DNA of 64,000 nucleotides from an uncultured Actinomycetes bacterium. Lineage in GTDB: Bacteria; Actinomycetota; Thermoleophilia; UBA2241. The notes under the pieces were generated by a model. It made no database searches, was not told the origin of the DNA, and was given only the letters and a program-made list of their open reading frames with translations. Shown here piece after piece: positions 33,523-44,400 of this stretch. Within the stretch, counting starts at the first letter, position 1. Each line of letters opens with the position of its first letter. The translations under genes and the position numbers were made by a program. The stretch covers positions 128,001 through 192,000 of the forward strand of contig CAVPVX010000002.1 in NCBI GenBank assembly GCA_963709345.1. The letters are read 5' to 3'.

Positions 33523-33616
33523 TGTGGATTCTCCGTCTGTCGCTGGAGCGGCGCGAGCGCCGGCGAGGGCGCTGCGGACCGCCATGTGGTCCGTGCGGGG
33601 GTCAGGCATGGGCTTG

Positions 33617-33702
33617 TGGTGCGGGTGAGAGGACTTGAACCTCCACGAGCAGAGCTCACCAGATCCTAAGTCTAGCGCGTCTACCAGTTCCGCCACACCC
33701 GC
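33617..33702 (-). tRNA. tRNA-Leu(TAG)
   Basis: GCGGGTG...CTAGA-CTTAGGA-TCTGG, long variable arm, GTTCAAGTC, CACCCGCA-CCA. Confidence 0.95.
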
Positions 33703-33755
33703 ACGGCGTTAACGTCGACGGCCGGCGCTCGCGCCGGCCGGTGCACCCAAGTGGT

Positions 33756-33832
33756 TGGGGTGAAGGACGGGATTCGAACCCGCGACCGCCGGGACCACAA
33801 CCCGGAGCTCTGCCAACTGAGCTACCTTCACC
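33756..33832 (-). tRNA. tRNA-His(GTG)
   Basis: G-1 GTGAAGG...CCGGG-TTGTGGT-CCCGG...GTTCGAATC..CCTTCAC-C-CCA. Confidence 0.95.
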
Positions 33833-33969
33833 ACCGGTCGCCGCCCCGGAGAGCGCCGGGTGGACCCCGGCGCCGCCGACGCGGTCGGCGTAGAAGGATA
33901 CCACGAGCACGGGCGGGCGTCACACGCGGTCAGGGAGCCGGGAGACGACGTCGCCGTGCGCTGATAGCC

Positions 33970-34666
<697 letters not shown>

Positions 34667-34674
<8 letters not shown>

Positions 34675-35818
34675 CCTGGATCACCTCGATGGGGTCGAGC
34701 TTGGAGGTGCGTCGCGACGGGATCAGCGACGACCCGACCGCCACCAGCACGCCGACGACGAAGGAGATGACGACGAAGCCGACCTGCGGCGTGATCGGGA
34801 ACAGCGACGCGGAGTCGCGCCCCAGGAACGAGAAGACAGCGATGAGGCCGAGTCCCGCGCCCACGCCGACGGCGGCGCCCCCTATCCCGAGGATGAGGGC
34901 CTGCCAGAGGAAGATGCGCCCCGACTGGCGGTCGCCCATGCCCATCGCCTTGAGGATGCCGATCTGCCGAGTCTTCTGGACGGCCGAGATGGCCAGTGTC
35001 GAGGCGATTCCGAGGGCGACCGCCACGAGCACGAAGAACTGGATCATGTAACTCGACGAGCTCTGGCTCTGGAGCGCCGAGAGCAGATCGGCGTTGGCCT
35101 CCTGCCACTCGGTCACCTCAAGGCCACGCAACGCGGGTTCGCCGCGCAGGCTCTCGGCGACGTCCTTGGACGCGAAGACGTCCCGCACCTGGGCGTCGAC
35201 CGCCGAGTACTGGTCCGGCGCGAAGCCCAGAACGGTGGCGGCGTAGTCGCCCTGGATGAAGGCGGTCGCGCTGTTGGCGGCGGCAGAACCGAAGTCATAG
35301 ACCCCGCTCACGGTGAGCTCCGCCGGCTTGCCGTCGGGCAGCACGAACGACGCGGCGGTCCCGGGGGTGAGGGTGTACGCGTCGGCGAAGTCCTTGCCGA
35401 CGAGCACCTCGCCGGCGCCCAGCGACGCCTCACCGGCGACGAGCCTGCCGGAGATGTCGAAGATGGTATCGAGTTCGGCGAACTCGCCGCCGGTGAACTG
35501 CAGCGGCGCGCTCTCCGCCTCCTGGCGGAAGATCGCCGAGAACGACCGCGTGGGCACGACCGTGGTGATCTCGGGCTGCCCCTCCATCGCCCGTTTCAGC
35601 GCGGCGTCGAAGACCACCGGGTCACCGTCCGTCTCGGCGCGCACGATCAGCTGGGGGCTGCTGCCGATGGTCTGGTCGACGAGGCTGGCCTGGAGACTCG
35701 TGATGAGAGAGCCGAGGAACACCTGCACGCCGATGCCGACGGCGATGCCCGCGGCGATGAGGATCGACTGTACGGGACTCTTGCGCAGGAAGCGCGTGGC
35801 GATGCTCAGGCTGAGCAC
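34667..35818 (-). CDS. ABC transporter permease (FtsX/LolE/MacB type)
   Basis: TM1, extracytoplasmic domain, QKTRQIGILKAMG, LDPIEVI. Confidence 0.9.
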
Positions 35819-35821
35819 GCT

Positions 35822-36514
35822 TCAGCTCTCCCTGCCGGGCGCTGCCGGGGCGTCCCCGAGGAGCTCGTCCAGGTCGACGACCTCCTGCGGGAGCCAGTCG
35901 GTGGCGGCGCCCACAAAGGCGGGGCCGCCGACCCAGACATCGACGTCCGGCAAGGCCGACTTCAGGGCGTCGACGGCGTGCCGCACTGCAAGCCTGTGGA
36001 AGTGCGTCGACGAGCTCATGACGACCGCGTCCGCGCCGAGCCGCCTGGCGGCGTCGGCAATCTCCTCGACCGGCGTGTCGGGGCCGAGGAAGTACGTCGT
36101 CCAGCCGGCCATGTCGAACCGATCGGCGACCATGCGCAGACCCAGGTCGTGGCCTTCTTCGGGCGGGCAGGCGAGCAGCACCGTCCTGCCGACGGGCGGC
36201 GCGGCGGCCTTCACCTTGAGGACTCCGGGGTAGAGGATCTCAACGACGGTGCGCACCATCGCGCTCGCGAGGTGCTCCTCCCAGATCGCCAGCTTGCCGG
36301 ATTGCCACGATGCGCCGGCGTGAGAAAGGAGCGGGGTCAGCACTTCGCTGTAGAGTGCCGCGATGCTCAGAGAGCCCGAGGTGACAGCCTCGACGGCCGT
36401 GCGCACCGCCTTCGGCTTGTCGTGAGCAGCGAGTGCGGCGGCGAGCTTCTCGATCAGGCTCCGCTCCTCAGCCGTCGCTGCCGCGCCACTCTGGATGTCG
36501 TTGTGTTCCGGCAT
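35822..36514 (-). CDS. stand-alone cobalamin-binding protein, CarH-like
   Basis: W-x9-EH (WQSGKLAIWEEH) and E-x-H-x-x-G (EGHDLG), FLGPDTP, VGG; no HTH. Confidence 0.85.
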   Translation of the reverse strand: MPEHNDIQSGAAATAEERSLIEKLAAALAAHDKPKAVRTAVEAVTSGSLSIAALYSEVLTPLLSHAGASWQSGKLAIWEEHLASAMVRTVVEILYPGVLKVKAAAPPVGRTVLLACPPEEGHDLGLRMVADRFDMAGWTTYFLGPDTPVEEIADAARRLGADAVVMSSSTHFHRLAVRHAVDALKSALPDVDVWVGGPAFVGAATDWLPQEVVDLDELLGDAPAAPGRES

Positions 36515-36801
36515 CGCGAGGCTTCTACCCGGCGATCCGCCATGGGTAACCCTCGATGAGTCACGCCACTCATCGCCAGCACAAGCCTGCGCCTGCACGG
36601 CAGGTGCCCCCCCGCAGGCGCGACCGGCGAGTCGATTTCCCCGGGCACCGAGACGCATGCCGAAGAGGCGGCAATCCCCGCCTGCTGCTCCGCAGCGCCC
36701 TCCGGCCCCAGTCGAGAATAGCCGCTCACGCCCGTCGCGCGAGATATATGATTCCTAGGTCCGACGTAGTACACCTAGCATCCTTCGGATTAGGAGGTTC
36801 C

Positions 36802-37824
36802 ATGCGCGGCATGTCACGACACCTGAATCTGCTCCTGCTCATGCTTCTGGCCTTGGCCACGTCGTTCGCCTTCCTGGCTCCCGTCGCCGTCGCGGTCAAG
36901 CGCGGCGCCCCGGCGGCGCCCGTGGGGACGCAGGCGTACACCTACATCGACAATCTCACACGCATCACCAACCCGGATGGAACGTACACGACGATCCTGC
37001 GGCAGCAGGGAACGGACGGCGAGGTAGCTGCGGCCGCCAAGATACAGGCGTGGTTCACCGACGCAGGCTACCGGGCTCAGTTGCGACCATTCTCGTACGA
37101 GGTGAAAGGCACCACCTACAGTTCGCAGAACGTGGTCGCATACCGCCCGGCCGCTGCGAAGTCGAAACAGAAGCCCAGGCCCCTCGTCATCATCGGCGCG
37201 CACTACGACGCGCGCATCGAAGGCGCCGGCGCCGACGACAACGCCTCTGGCGTAGCCGTGATGCTCGAAGTCGCCCAGCGCATCGCGAAGTACAAGACTC
37301 CCTACGACCTGGCGTTCGTCGCCTTCGGCGCCGAGGAGAGTCCTGCGGGCGAAGAAGGCTCCGGCCATTACGTCGCCCAGTTGAGCAAGCGAAACATCAA
37401 GCGCGCCATTGTGATGATCAACTTCGACTCGCTGATCGTCGGCGACAAGCTCTACATTCACGCCGGCGCCAACAAGAAGACCTGGGCGCGCGACCGCATG
37501 CTGCGACTCATCAAGCGGTACCGGCTGCCCATCGGGACGCAGCCCGGCTGGAACCCCGACTACCCGGCAGGGTTGACGCCCGACGGTTTCAGCGACTACT
37601 CGTCGTTCAACCAGGCCGGTATTCCGATCGTTGCGTTCGAGTCGACGAACTGGGAGATCGCCGATCTCGACGGGTACACTCAGACCGAGCTCCACGACTC
37701 GTTCTGGCACACCCCCAAGGACACTCTGGATACCATCGAGTCTCTCTACCCTTACCGGCCGATGGTCCGCCTGTACGCGTACACGAAGCTCACCTACGAA
37801 TTTCTCCAGTACCTGCGGCGCTGA
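36802..37824 (+). CDS. secreted M28-family metallopeptidase (Iap-like)
   Basis: Signal peptide; IGAHYD, GADDNASG, FGAEE, INFD, SD, WHTPKD; RBS AGGAGG. Confidence 0.9.
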   Translation: MRGMSRHLNLLLLMLLALATSFAFLAPVAVAVKRGAPAAPVGTQAYTYIDNLTRITNPDGTYTTILRQQGTDGEVAAAAKIQAWFTDAGYRAQLRPFSYEVKGTTYSSQNVVAYRPAAAKSKQKPRPLVIIGAHYDARIEGAGADDNASGVAVMLEVAQRIAKYKTPYDLAFVAFGAEESPAGEEGSGHYVAQLSKRNIKRAIVMINFDSLIVGDKLYIHAGANKKTWARDRMLRLIKRYRLPIGTQPGWNPDYPAGLTPDGFSDYSSFNQAGIPIVAFESTNWEIADLDGYTQTELHDSFWHTPKDTLDTIESLYPYRPMVRLYAYTKLTYEFLQYLRR

Positions 37825-37909
37825 ACGAAACGTCGCTCGTCTCAGGACCGGAGCGCAGCAGGAATCCAGCCGCGTCCGGGCGGGTAGCCATCTGGCGCGA
37901 GCGCAGAAG

Positions 37910-37947
37910 CGAGCGGGCGGGGCGCTCCGAAGCGCCCCGCCCGCTCG
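37910..37947. terminator. perfect 17-bp hairpin between convergent peptidase and tRNA units
   Basis: CGAGCGGGCGGGGCGCT-CCGA-AGCGCCCCGCCCGCTCG. Confidence 0.7.
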
Positions 37948-38380
37948 TGTGGGTCCAGGTGCGGGTCTTGATGGGGTGGCGGCCACCCCACCCTGAGCGT
38001 GGCCGCCCCTCTCCTCGATTGCACGTTCCCGGCCTCGTCGCCGGGTCCGGCGGCGGCGGCCCGGCGGGCTGCTCGACCACGAGCACTCCGCACCCTGTCT
38101 CTCCGCGATCAGTCGACCAGCTCGGCACGTTCGTGGAGCCGAGCGCCACACCAGCGAGCTCCACGCACGCCACCAGAGTCAGTGCGACCATCGTTCTTCC
38201 GCAAGCAGGCCCGCCCGGACTCCATGCCGTGCTCCGATCGCAGTGTCCCGCAAGCGGCGACTCACTGGCTTGATGGTACACATCTGAAACGCCGGAGCGA
38301 CGCGCACACCTCGTGGAGCGTGTACACACAGCCGCGCGCACCGAAATGGCAGACGGCTGCAGCCGCATCACGGAAGGGAC

Positions 38381-38457
38381 TGGCGCGCCCGGCAGGATTC
38401 GAACCTGCGGCCTGAAGATTAGAAGTCTCCTGCTCTGTCCAGCTGAGCTACGGGCGC
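38381..38457 (-). tRNA. tRNA-Arg(TCT)
   Basis: GCGCCCG...GGAGA-CTTCTAA-TCTTC...GTTCGAATC..CGGGCGCG-CCA. Confidence 0.95.
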
Positions 38458-38488
38458 GCGAGAAGCAGAGTATACGGCTGGGTAAGGA

Positions 38489-38564
38489 TGGAGCGGGAGA
38501 CGGGTCTCGAACCCGCGACCCTCAGCTTGGAAGGCTGATGCTCTACCAACTGAGCTACTCCCGC
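38489..38564 (-). tRNA. tRNA-Gly(TCC)
   Basis: GCGGGAG...TCAGC-CTTCCAA-GCTGA...CTCCCGCT-CCA. Confidence 0.95.
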
Positions 38565-38573
38565 TCGCTAGTC

Positions 38574-38650
38574 TGGTCGGGACGGCGAGATTTGAACTCG
38601 CGACCCCCTGCTCCCAAAGCAGGTGCGCTACCAGGCTGCGCCACGTCCCG
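38574..38650 (-). tRNA. tRNA-Pro(TGG)
   Basis: CGGGACG...CCTGC-TTTGGGA-GCAGG...CGTCCCGA-CCA; TATACT -10 at 38667-38662. Confidence 0.95.
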
Positions 38651-38770
38651 AACGCCGCGCAAGTATACCGCACGCGAGAAGGGGTGAAGGATCGCGGGAA
38701 GGCCCGGGCGAGGCGCCGAACCAGTCTTGCTGATCGACGGGCGCGTCGAGCTGCGCGCTCCCGCCTCCGC

Positions 38771-39163
38771 CTACTCTCCCAGGTACGGGAGTGTGAGCTC
38801 CTGACCAGGTCGCACCGACGAGTCCGCCAGTCGGTTCGCCTCGCGGATCGCGTACACGGCCGCCCGCACATCGACGGTCCCGTCGTACTCCTCGTCGGCG
38901 ATACACCAGAGCGTGTCGCCGCTCTGCACGACGTAGACGTGCCCGGTGAAGACCGCGGCGTCAGCGCCGGCATGCGCCACACGGACGCCGGCCCACACCG
39001 CGATGAAGATGAGCAGGAGGAACACCGCGAATCGCAGAAGGCCGGTGATGCGGCGGCGGCGCTCACGACGCCCGACGCGACCGAGCGAGCGCGAGACGGG
39101 GATCTGGACGCGCGCTCCGGCCGTTCCCGTGGTGGTGTGCGACTCCGGACCCCGCGGCCTCAC
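38771..39163 (-). CDS. TM-LysM protein, YneA/DivS-like SOS division inhibitor candidate
   Basis: TM then YVVQSGDTLWCIA...IREANRL..SSVRPGQELTLP; in lexA operon. Confidence 0.8.
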   Translation of the reverse strand: MRPRGPESHTTTGTAGARVQIPVSRSLGRVGRRERRRRITGLLRFAVFLLLIFIAVWAGVRVAHAGADAAVFTGHVYVVQSGDTLWCIADEEYDGTVDVRAAVYAIREANRLADSSVRPGQELTLPYLGE

Positions 39164-39393
39164 GACGGGACCTCCCGGAGATGTCGCGGCACGATGCCGC
39201 TCAACTCGCTACCGCAGCGGTCACAGCACGCCATGGCGGCCCCGGACCAGATGTCGGCACCCGTCACCGTGACGGTCGAGGCCCCACACCACAGACACGG
39301 CTCGGGGCGCCCCGCAAGGGCGGCCGCTAGCGACTCCTCGACGACTTCGGCGAGCGAGACCTGGACCACTGTGGCAAGAGGCATGGTGCTCAT
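39160..39393 (-). CDS. small zinc-ribbon protein
   Basis: CLWCG...CDRCG; ATGA overlap with lexA stop and GTGA overlap with LysM start. Confidence 0.7.
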   Translation of the reverse strand: MSTMPLATVVQVSLAEVVEESLAAALAGRPEPCLWCGASTVTVTGADIWSGAAMACCDRCGSELSGIVPRHLREVPS

Positions 39394-39995
39394 AGCTGGC
39401 GCAGCACCCCCACGACCTTGCCGACGAGTTGGACCTTGTCGGCGCTGACGACGATAGGCTCGTAGAGCTCGTTCTCGGGCTCCAGGCGGATGTTCCGCCC
39501 CTCGTTGTAGAACCGCTTGGTCGTCGCCTCCTCCTCGCGCACCCTGGCGACGACGATGGCGCCGTTCTCGGCGTGCTGCTGCGGGTGCACGACGATGAGG
39601 TCACCGCTGAAGATGCCGGCTCCAGTCATGGAGTCGCCGCTCACGCGAAGGACGAAGTCACCGTCGTCCCGGCGAAGGAAGCCCGGGACCTCGACGTGAT
39701 CCTCGATGTTCTCCTCCGCGAGAATGGGCGCTCCCGCGGCGACCTGCCCGACCAGCGGGAGCGGACGAGGGGGACGCAGGTCGCGCGCGACCTCGAGCGC
39801 CCGCGGCTTGCTGGAATCGCGCTTGATGAATCCGCGTGCCTCGAGATTCTCCAGGTGGACGTGCACCGTGGACGGCGACGAAAGGCCGAGTCCCGAACAG
39901 ATCTCGCGGACGGTCGGCGGATAGCCGTTGACGCGAAGGCTCTCGCGAACGAAGTCCAGGACCTGCTCCTGTCGCGCTGTGAGACCTTCCACCAT
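39390..39995 (-). CDS. lexA: SOS repressor LexA
   Basis: LTARQ, YPPTVREI, VAAG cleavage site, GDSM, TTKRF; RBS GAGGAGGA. Confidence 0.97.
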   Translation of the reverse strand: MVEGLTARQEQVLDFVRESLRVNGYPPTVREICSGLGLSSPSTVHVHLENLEARGFIKRDSSKPRALEVARDLRPPRPLPLVGQVAAGAPILAEENIEDHVEVPGFLRRDDGDFVLRVSGDSMTGAGIFSGDLIVVHPQQHAENGAIVVARVREEEATTKRFYNEGRNIRLEPENELYEPIVVSADKVQLVGKVVGVLRQL

Positions 39996-40009
39996 TCCTC
40001 CTCGTGTGA

Positions 40010-40057
40010 CGAACACATGTTCGTCTCTACCTTAGAGTGAACACCTGTTCGTGTCAA
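40010..40057 (-). promoter_or_regulatory. lexA promoter with two LexA boxes
   Basis: TTGACA (40057-40052)-N17-TAAGGT (40034-40029); GAAC-ACCT-GTTC 40039-40050 and GAAC-ACAT-GTTC 40011-40022. Confidence 0.9.
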
Positions 40058-40248
40058 GGACATGGTAGGGAAGCGCCCGGACGGAAAAGAGTGCCGAGTC
40101 GCGGCGCACAGTTCGGTCGTGGCTGCGGAGGCGCCCGCGGGCAGACAAGGCGTTTCAAGAGAGCCGCCGCGCCCGTCGATACTCAGGACCAGGCCAAACT
40201 GCCTCGGATGGAGGGCGCCACATTGCCCGCCTCGGGTAAGGAGCGGAC

Positions 40249-41415
40249 ATGGACGAACAGGCGACACCCTCGGCACCCGGAGCACGGCCGAGAGGATCGT
40301 CCCCGCTCACCGGCGCCGGCCGTGCAACGGCCCTCGCCGTGCCGGCTCTTCTGGCGCTGCTCGTCCTGCTCACACTGACGACGCCTTCGACGGCGACTGT
40401 CCGGACGCCGTCCGGCGCCAGGCCGGCCGACCGGATCGCGGCGCGGGCGGCCACCCCCGCCCAGCGGGTGGTCCTCTCTCAGGACGAGGGCCTGACGCTG
40501 GTCGGCCGGGTCTCCGCTCTGCGAGGCAGACGCGCACCCGAACTGGACGACCTCTCGCGCACCACCGCCGGGAAGCTGGCGCCGCTGCCCGCACGCAATG
40601 TCTACTTCCGGGGAGCGGCCTGCCGCTGGTCATGGCGCTTCCGGTCCCCCGTGCTCCTCACCTTCTCCCTGCCAAAGGCCGTGTTCGCGCGCACAGCTCT
40701 GCCTCTCTACCGGCTCGAGGACGGCAGGTGGCGGCTCCAGAGACGGCGTGCCGTCGTCGGCGAGGTGAACACGACGGCGACGGCGACCATCGTGCGTCCC
40801 GGGCGCTACGCCGTCTGCCTCACGCGCGCCTGGCGCGTCGTCGACCAGGACGGGTGCCGGCTGGTGGTCTACGTGCGGCCCTACGCGCCCACCGAGGTGC
40901 GGCAGCCGGTCGTCCTCGCCAGCGGCACGACCGACGACCCGTCGGTGATCCGGGCGGTCATGGACGCGACCGGCCAGAGCGAGGAGAGCGCGATGGAGAC
41001 CCTCGTCAGCTACGACTCGTCTCGCGAGCCGGTCACCGTGCTCCGCCTCACGCGAGGCGCCGTGATGGTCCGCGATTGGAGCGGCACGTCGACGGTGGGG
41101 CGCTGGTTCGCGCCTTCGAGCGGAGGCACGCTGCCGTCACCAGAGACGTCGCGCGCCATCTACGCCCTTCCCGGGGGCAATCTGGCGATCGACGCGACGC
41201 TGCACCTCGTGAAGCCCGGCACCGACCTCGTCACCGGCGTGTGCGCGGACATGACGGCCCAGCCCGGGTACGGACCGTGGGCGACCGGCGGAGGGCGGCA
41301 GCTCTTCGGCCCTCGCGTCTCCACCTACCCGCCGCCGGCCTACGACCCGCGGCGCACGGCGATCCTCTCCGAGCTCCGCTGGGAAGAGAGCGAGCCCGAA
41401 GCGATCGACTGGTGA
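40249..41415 (+). CDS. exported hypothetical protein with C-terminal TNT/ART-like domain
   Basis: RBS AAGGAG, hydrophobic signal/anchor; C-terminal VRDW...GRWFAP...R..YALP..N...KPGT..VTG.....GGGRQ. Confidence 0.6.
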   Translation: MDEQATPSAPGARPRGSSPLTGAGRATALAVPALLALLVLLTLTTPSTATVRTPSGARPADRIAARAATPAQRVVLSQDEGLTLVGRVSALRGRRAPELDDLSRTTAGKLAPLPARNVYFRGAACRWSWRFRSPVLLTFSLPKAVFARTALPLYRLEDGRWRLQRRRAVVGEVNTTATATIVRPGRYAVCLTRAWRVVDQDGCRLVVYVRPYAPTEVRQPVVLASGTTDDPSVIRAVMDATGQSEESAMETLVSYDSSREPVTVLRLTRGAVMVRDWSGTSTVGRWFAPSSGGTLPSPETSRAIYALPGGNLAIDATLHLVKPGTDLVTGVCADMTAQPGYGPWATGGGRQLFGPRVSTYPPPAYDPRRTAILSELRWEESEPEAIDW

Positions 41416-41434
41416 GAACGAGCGAGGGCAGCCC

Positions 41435-44400
41435 TCAGAGACCCTGGACACCGCCCAGGAAGTCGTAGCTCATCTTCCGGCGCAGATCGCTGACGGTCGA
41501 GAAGAGACGCTTCATCTGCGCCTCCTCCTCAGGAGTCCAGTCCTGCGGCAGAAGCAGGTTGCTCGGCGCGCGGCCCTCCTGCAGCGCGACGGCTTGCCGG
41601 CGCAGGCGCACGCGCATGACCGACTCATAGTCCGGCACCAGTTCTTCGAACGACTCGCGCGACAGCACCCCTCGCTCATGCAACTCGGTGAGACGATCCA
41701 GCGTGTTCGTCGGGTCGATGTGATGCTTCAGGGCATACAGTCGCGCGAAGTTCACCACCGGGAGCAAAGCCTCCTTCGTGCTCACTGCCTTCGGGGTATC
41801 GCCGGACGAACCCGTCTGGATACCTCCCAGAAGCCCGACCGGCGGCTTGTACAGCAATGCGTTCTGGGCGAAGTGGATGAAGAACAGCGGGTAGGCCTGC
41901 ATCTCGTCGAAGACCCAGGTGCGCAGATTGCGCGCGAGAGCCGGCTCGCCGCCGACGCAGCGGAAGTCGAACAGCATGTTCAGCTCCAGAAGCGCCTGTG
42001 GATCGGCATTGTGGATCCAGTCGGTGAACTGATCGCGCCACGTGGACATGGGCAGGTTCCAGCGGGGGTTCTTGGCCATGACGCCGCCTTCGCAGAAGAC
42101 GTAGCCCACCCGGTCGAGCCAATCACACACCAGGGTCCCGAGAGCAAGGAAGTACTCCTCGGCCGCCTTCGCCGCCTCGGGCGACGGGTCCTCGTACAGG
42201 ATGGCGTTGTCCTGGTCGGTCACGAGCGTCTGTTCCTCGCGACCCTCACTGCCGAGAGCAAGGAAGGCGAAGGGGACGGGCGCAGGGCCGAGTTGGTCCA
42301 TCGCCATGGCGAGCAGCCTCTGGACGGTCGCGTCGGAGACGCTGGAGACGATGCGGTTGACATAGCGGACCTGAGCGCCCGAGTCGACGACCGCCCGAAC
42401 GGAACCGGGCAGCCGCTCGTGGGCTTCCACGATGTCGTCGACCGAGCCGGCCCGGCGGATGGAGTTCGTGACGACCACCACCGACGACTGCTCGTACCCG
42501 ACCAGATCGAGCAGCTGGACGATGCCCATGAGCTCGCCGTCCTCGTCCGTGACCGCGAGGTGGTCGACCTGCCCCTCCTGCATGCGCAGGAGAGCCTCGT
42601 AGACAGGCGCCTGAGCGGAAACGGACGCCACCGGCGCGGTCATGATCGAGCGGACCGGAGCCGCAGGATCAAGGCCCGCGGCCACGACCCGATCGCGGAA
42701 GTCGTGATCCGTCACGATCCCCATGAGCGCGCCGTCGGAGTCGGTCACGAAGACCGCGCCCACTCGCTTCTTGGTCATGAGCGCGGCCGCACGCGAGACC
42801 GGCTGGCTCCTGTCCAGCGTCAGGGCCGGAGCAACGGCATCCTTGATCGGCTCCTGCAGGTAGAAGAGCGACGTCCGCAGTTGCGCGATCACGGCCTCTC
42901 GCTCCTTCTCGCCGCGTCGCCGTGCCGTGACGTCTTCCAGGATGCCGTCACAGAAGGGCGTGCTGCCGCCCGGATCCTCCACGAGCACGGCGAAGAGTGA
43001 AACGTCCGCCCGCCCCCCGTCTTCGCGACCGCAGACCCAGATGGTAGCCTTCGACCACCTTGTCCTCGTTCAGCCGGGCGACGAGCTCGCTGCGCTCGTC
43101 GGCATCGATGATGCGCTCCAGCCAGTCGGCGCCGAGCAGGTCGACGGGGGGCGCCGACCGAAGGATGCGCCGCATCGCCGGATTCGCCTCGACCAGCGTG
43201 GCCTTGCGACCCCAGGTGCTGCGGAACACGCCCAGGCTGATGGTGTCGGACATGACCCTGAAGCGGCGACGGGTCTCGTCGAGCGCCGCCTCCATCGCCT
43301 TCTGACCGCTGAGGCTGCGGGCGATGAGGATGAAGCCGTCCTCGCCCGCAAGCGAGATGGGAGTCGCCGCCAGGAGGACGTCGACCGGGTTGCCGTCCTT
43401 GCCCCGTAGGCGAGCCTCGAACGGCGGTGGTGGCGAGCTCTTCTTCGCCCAGGCTCTCGAGGACGGCCAGCACCTGGCGGTCGTCGTCGCCCTCGCGGAT
43501 GAAGAGGCTCGACGATCTCGCACTCGGCAAGATCCTCGTGCGTGTAGCCCAGCATGTCGAGCAGCGGCTGGTTCGAGTAGGCGCAGCGCCCCTCGAGCGC
43601 CATCAGGATGCCCTCGGTGGCCGCCTCTACCAGCGTGAGGTACTTCTCGTGGGATTCTCTGAGCTCCCGTTCGGCCAGGGCCCGCGCGCTTCGTCGATCT
43701 TGAGGCTCTGCCGGGTACCGAAGAGGAGCAGAAGCGCGATGACGACCACGACGATCGTGGACGTCTGGATGAGCCTGCGCTCGACCATCGCGATGCCCTC
43801 CTTGACGTCCTCGACGTAGATGCCGGTGCCGACCACCCACTCCCAGGGACGAAAAGCCTCCACGTAGGAGAGCTTGGGGACGATCCGGGCGGGATCGTCC
43901 TTCCACTGCCAGTAGTAGTCGACGAAGCCGCCCTCCTGAGCCCGCACCGCATCGACGAACGCGACGAAGATGCTCTTGCCGCGCAGGTCCTCGTAGTCGG
44001 ACAGGTCCTGGCCGTTCAGCTCCGGCAGGTACGGGTGCATGATCATCGTGGGATGCATGTCCGTGATCCAGAAGTAGTCCTTCCCGTCGTCCCCGTACCT
44101 GAGGATTCTCGATCCGGGCGGCGGCCTCTTCTCTGGGCCTCTTCCCGGGTCATGCTGCCCGGCCAGCTTCCTCGGCGTGGTACTCGTCGAGGATGCTGAC
44201 CGCGACTCGCGTCAGCTCTTGGGCGGTCTTCTTCTTGCCCTCGAGCAGTTGGTCCTCGACGAAGGGATGAGGATCACGAAAGTGACGATGACGAAAAGGA
44301 CGACGGCGAGAACCGCCGGCAGGACGATCCGGAGGAGAAAGCCGGTCCAGCCGCGCGGATCGGATCCGGGCAGCGTGGTCAGTCTCCTGCGAGCCTTCGT

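Noticed and set aside
36515-36790. Possible cobalamin riboswitch upstream of the B12-binding gene
   Set aside because: Hairpins are present but the GGGAA...GCCCCCGCNACTGT core and B12 box are not.
37950-38375. Short minus-strand ORFs or an att site downstream of tRNA-Arg
   Set aside because: No RBS-supported ORF with recognisable motifs and no duplicated tRNA 3' end found.
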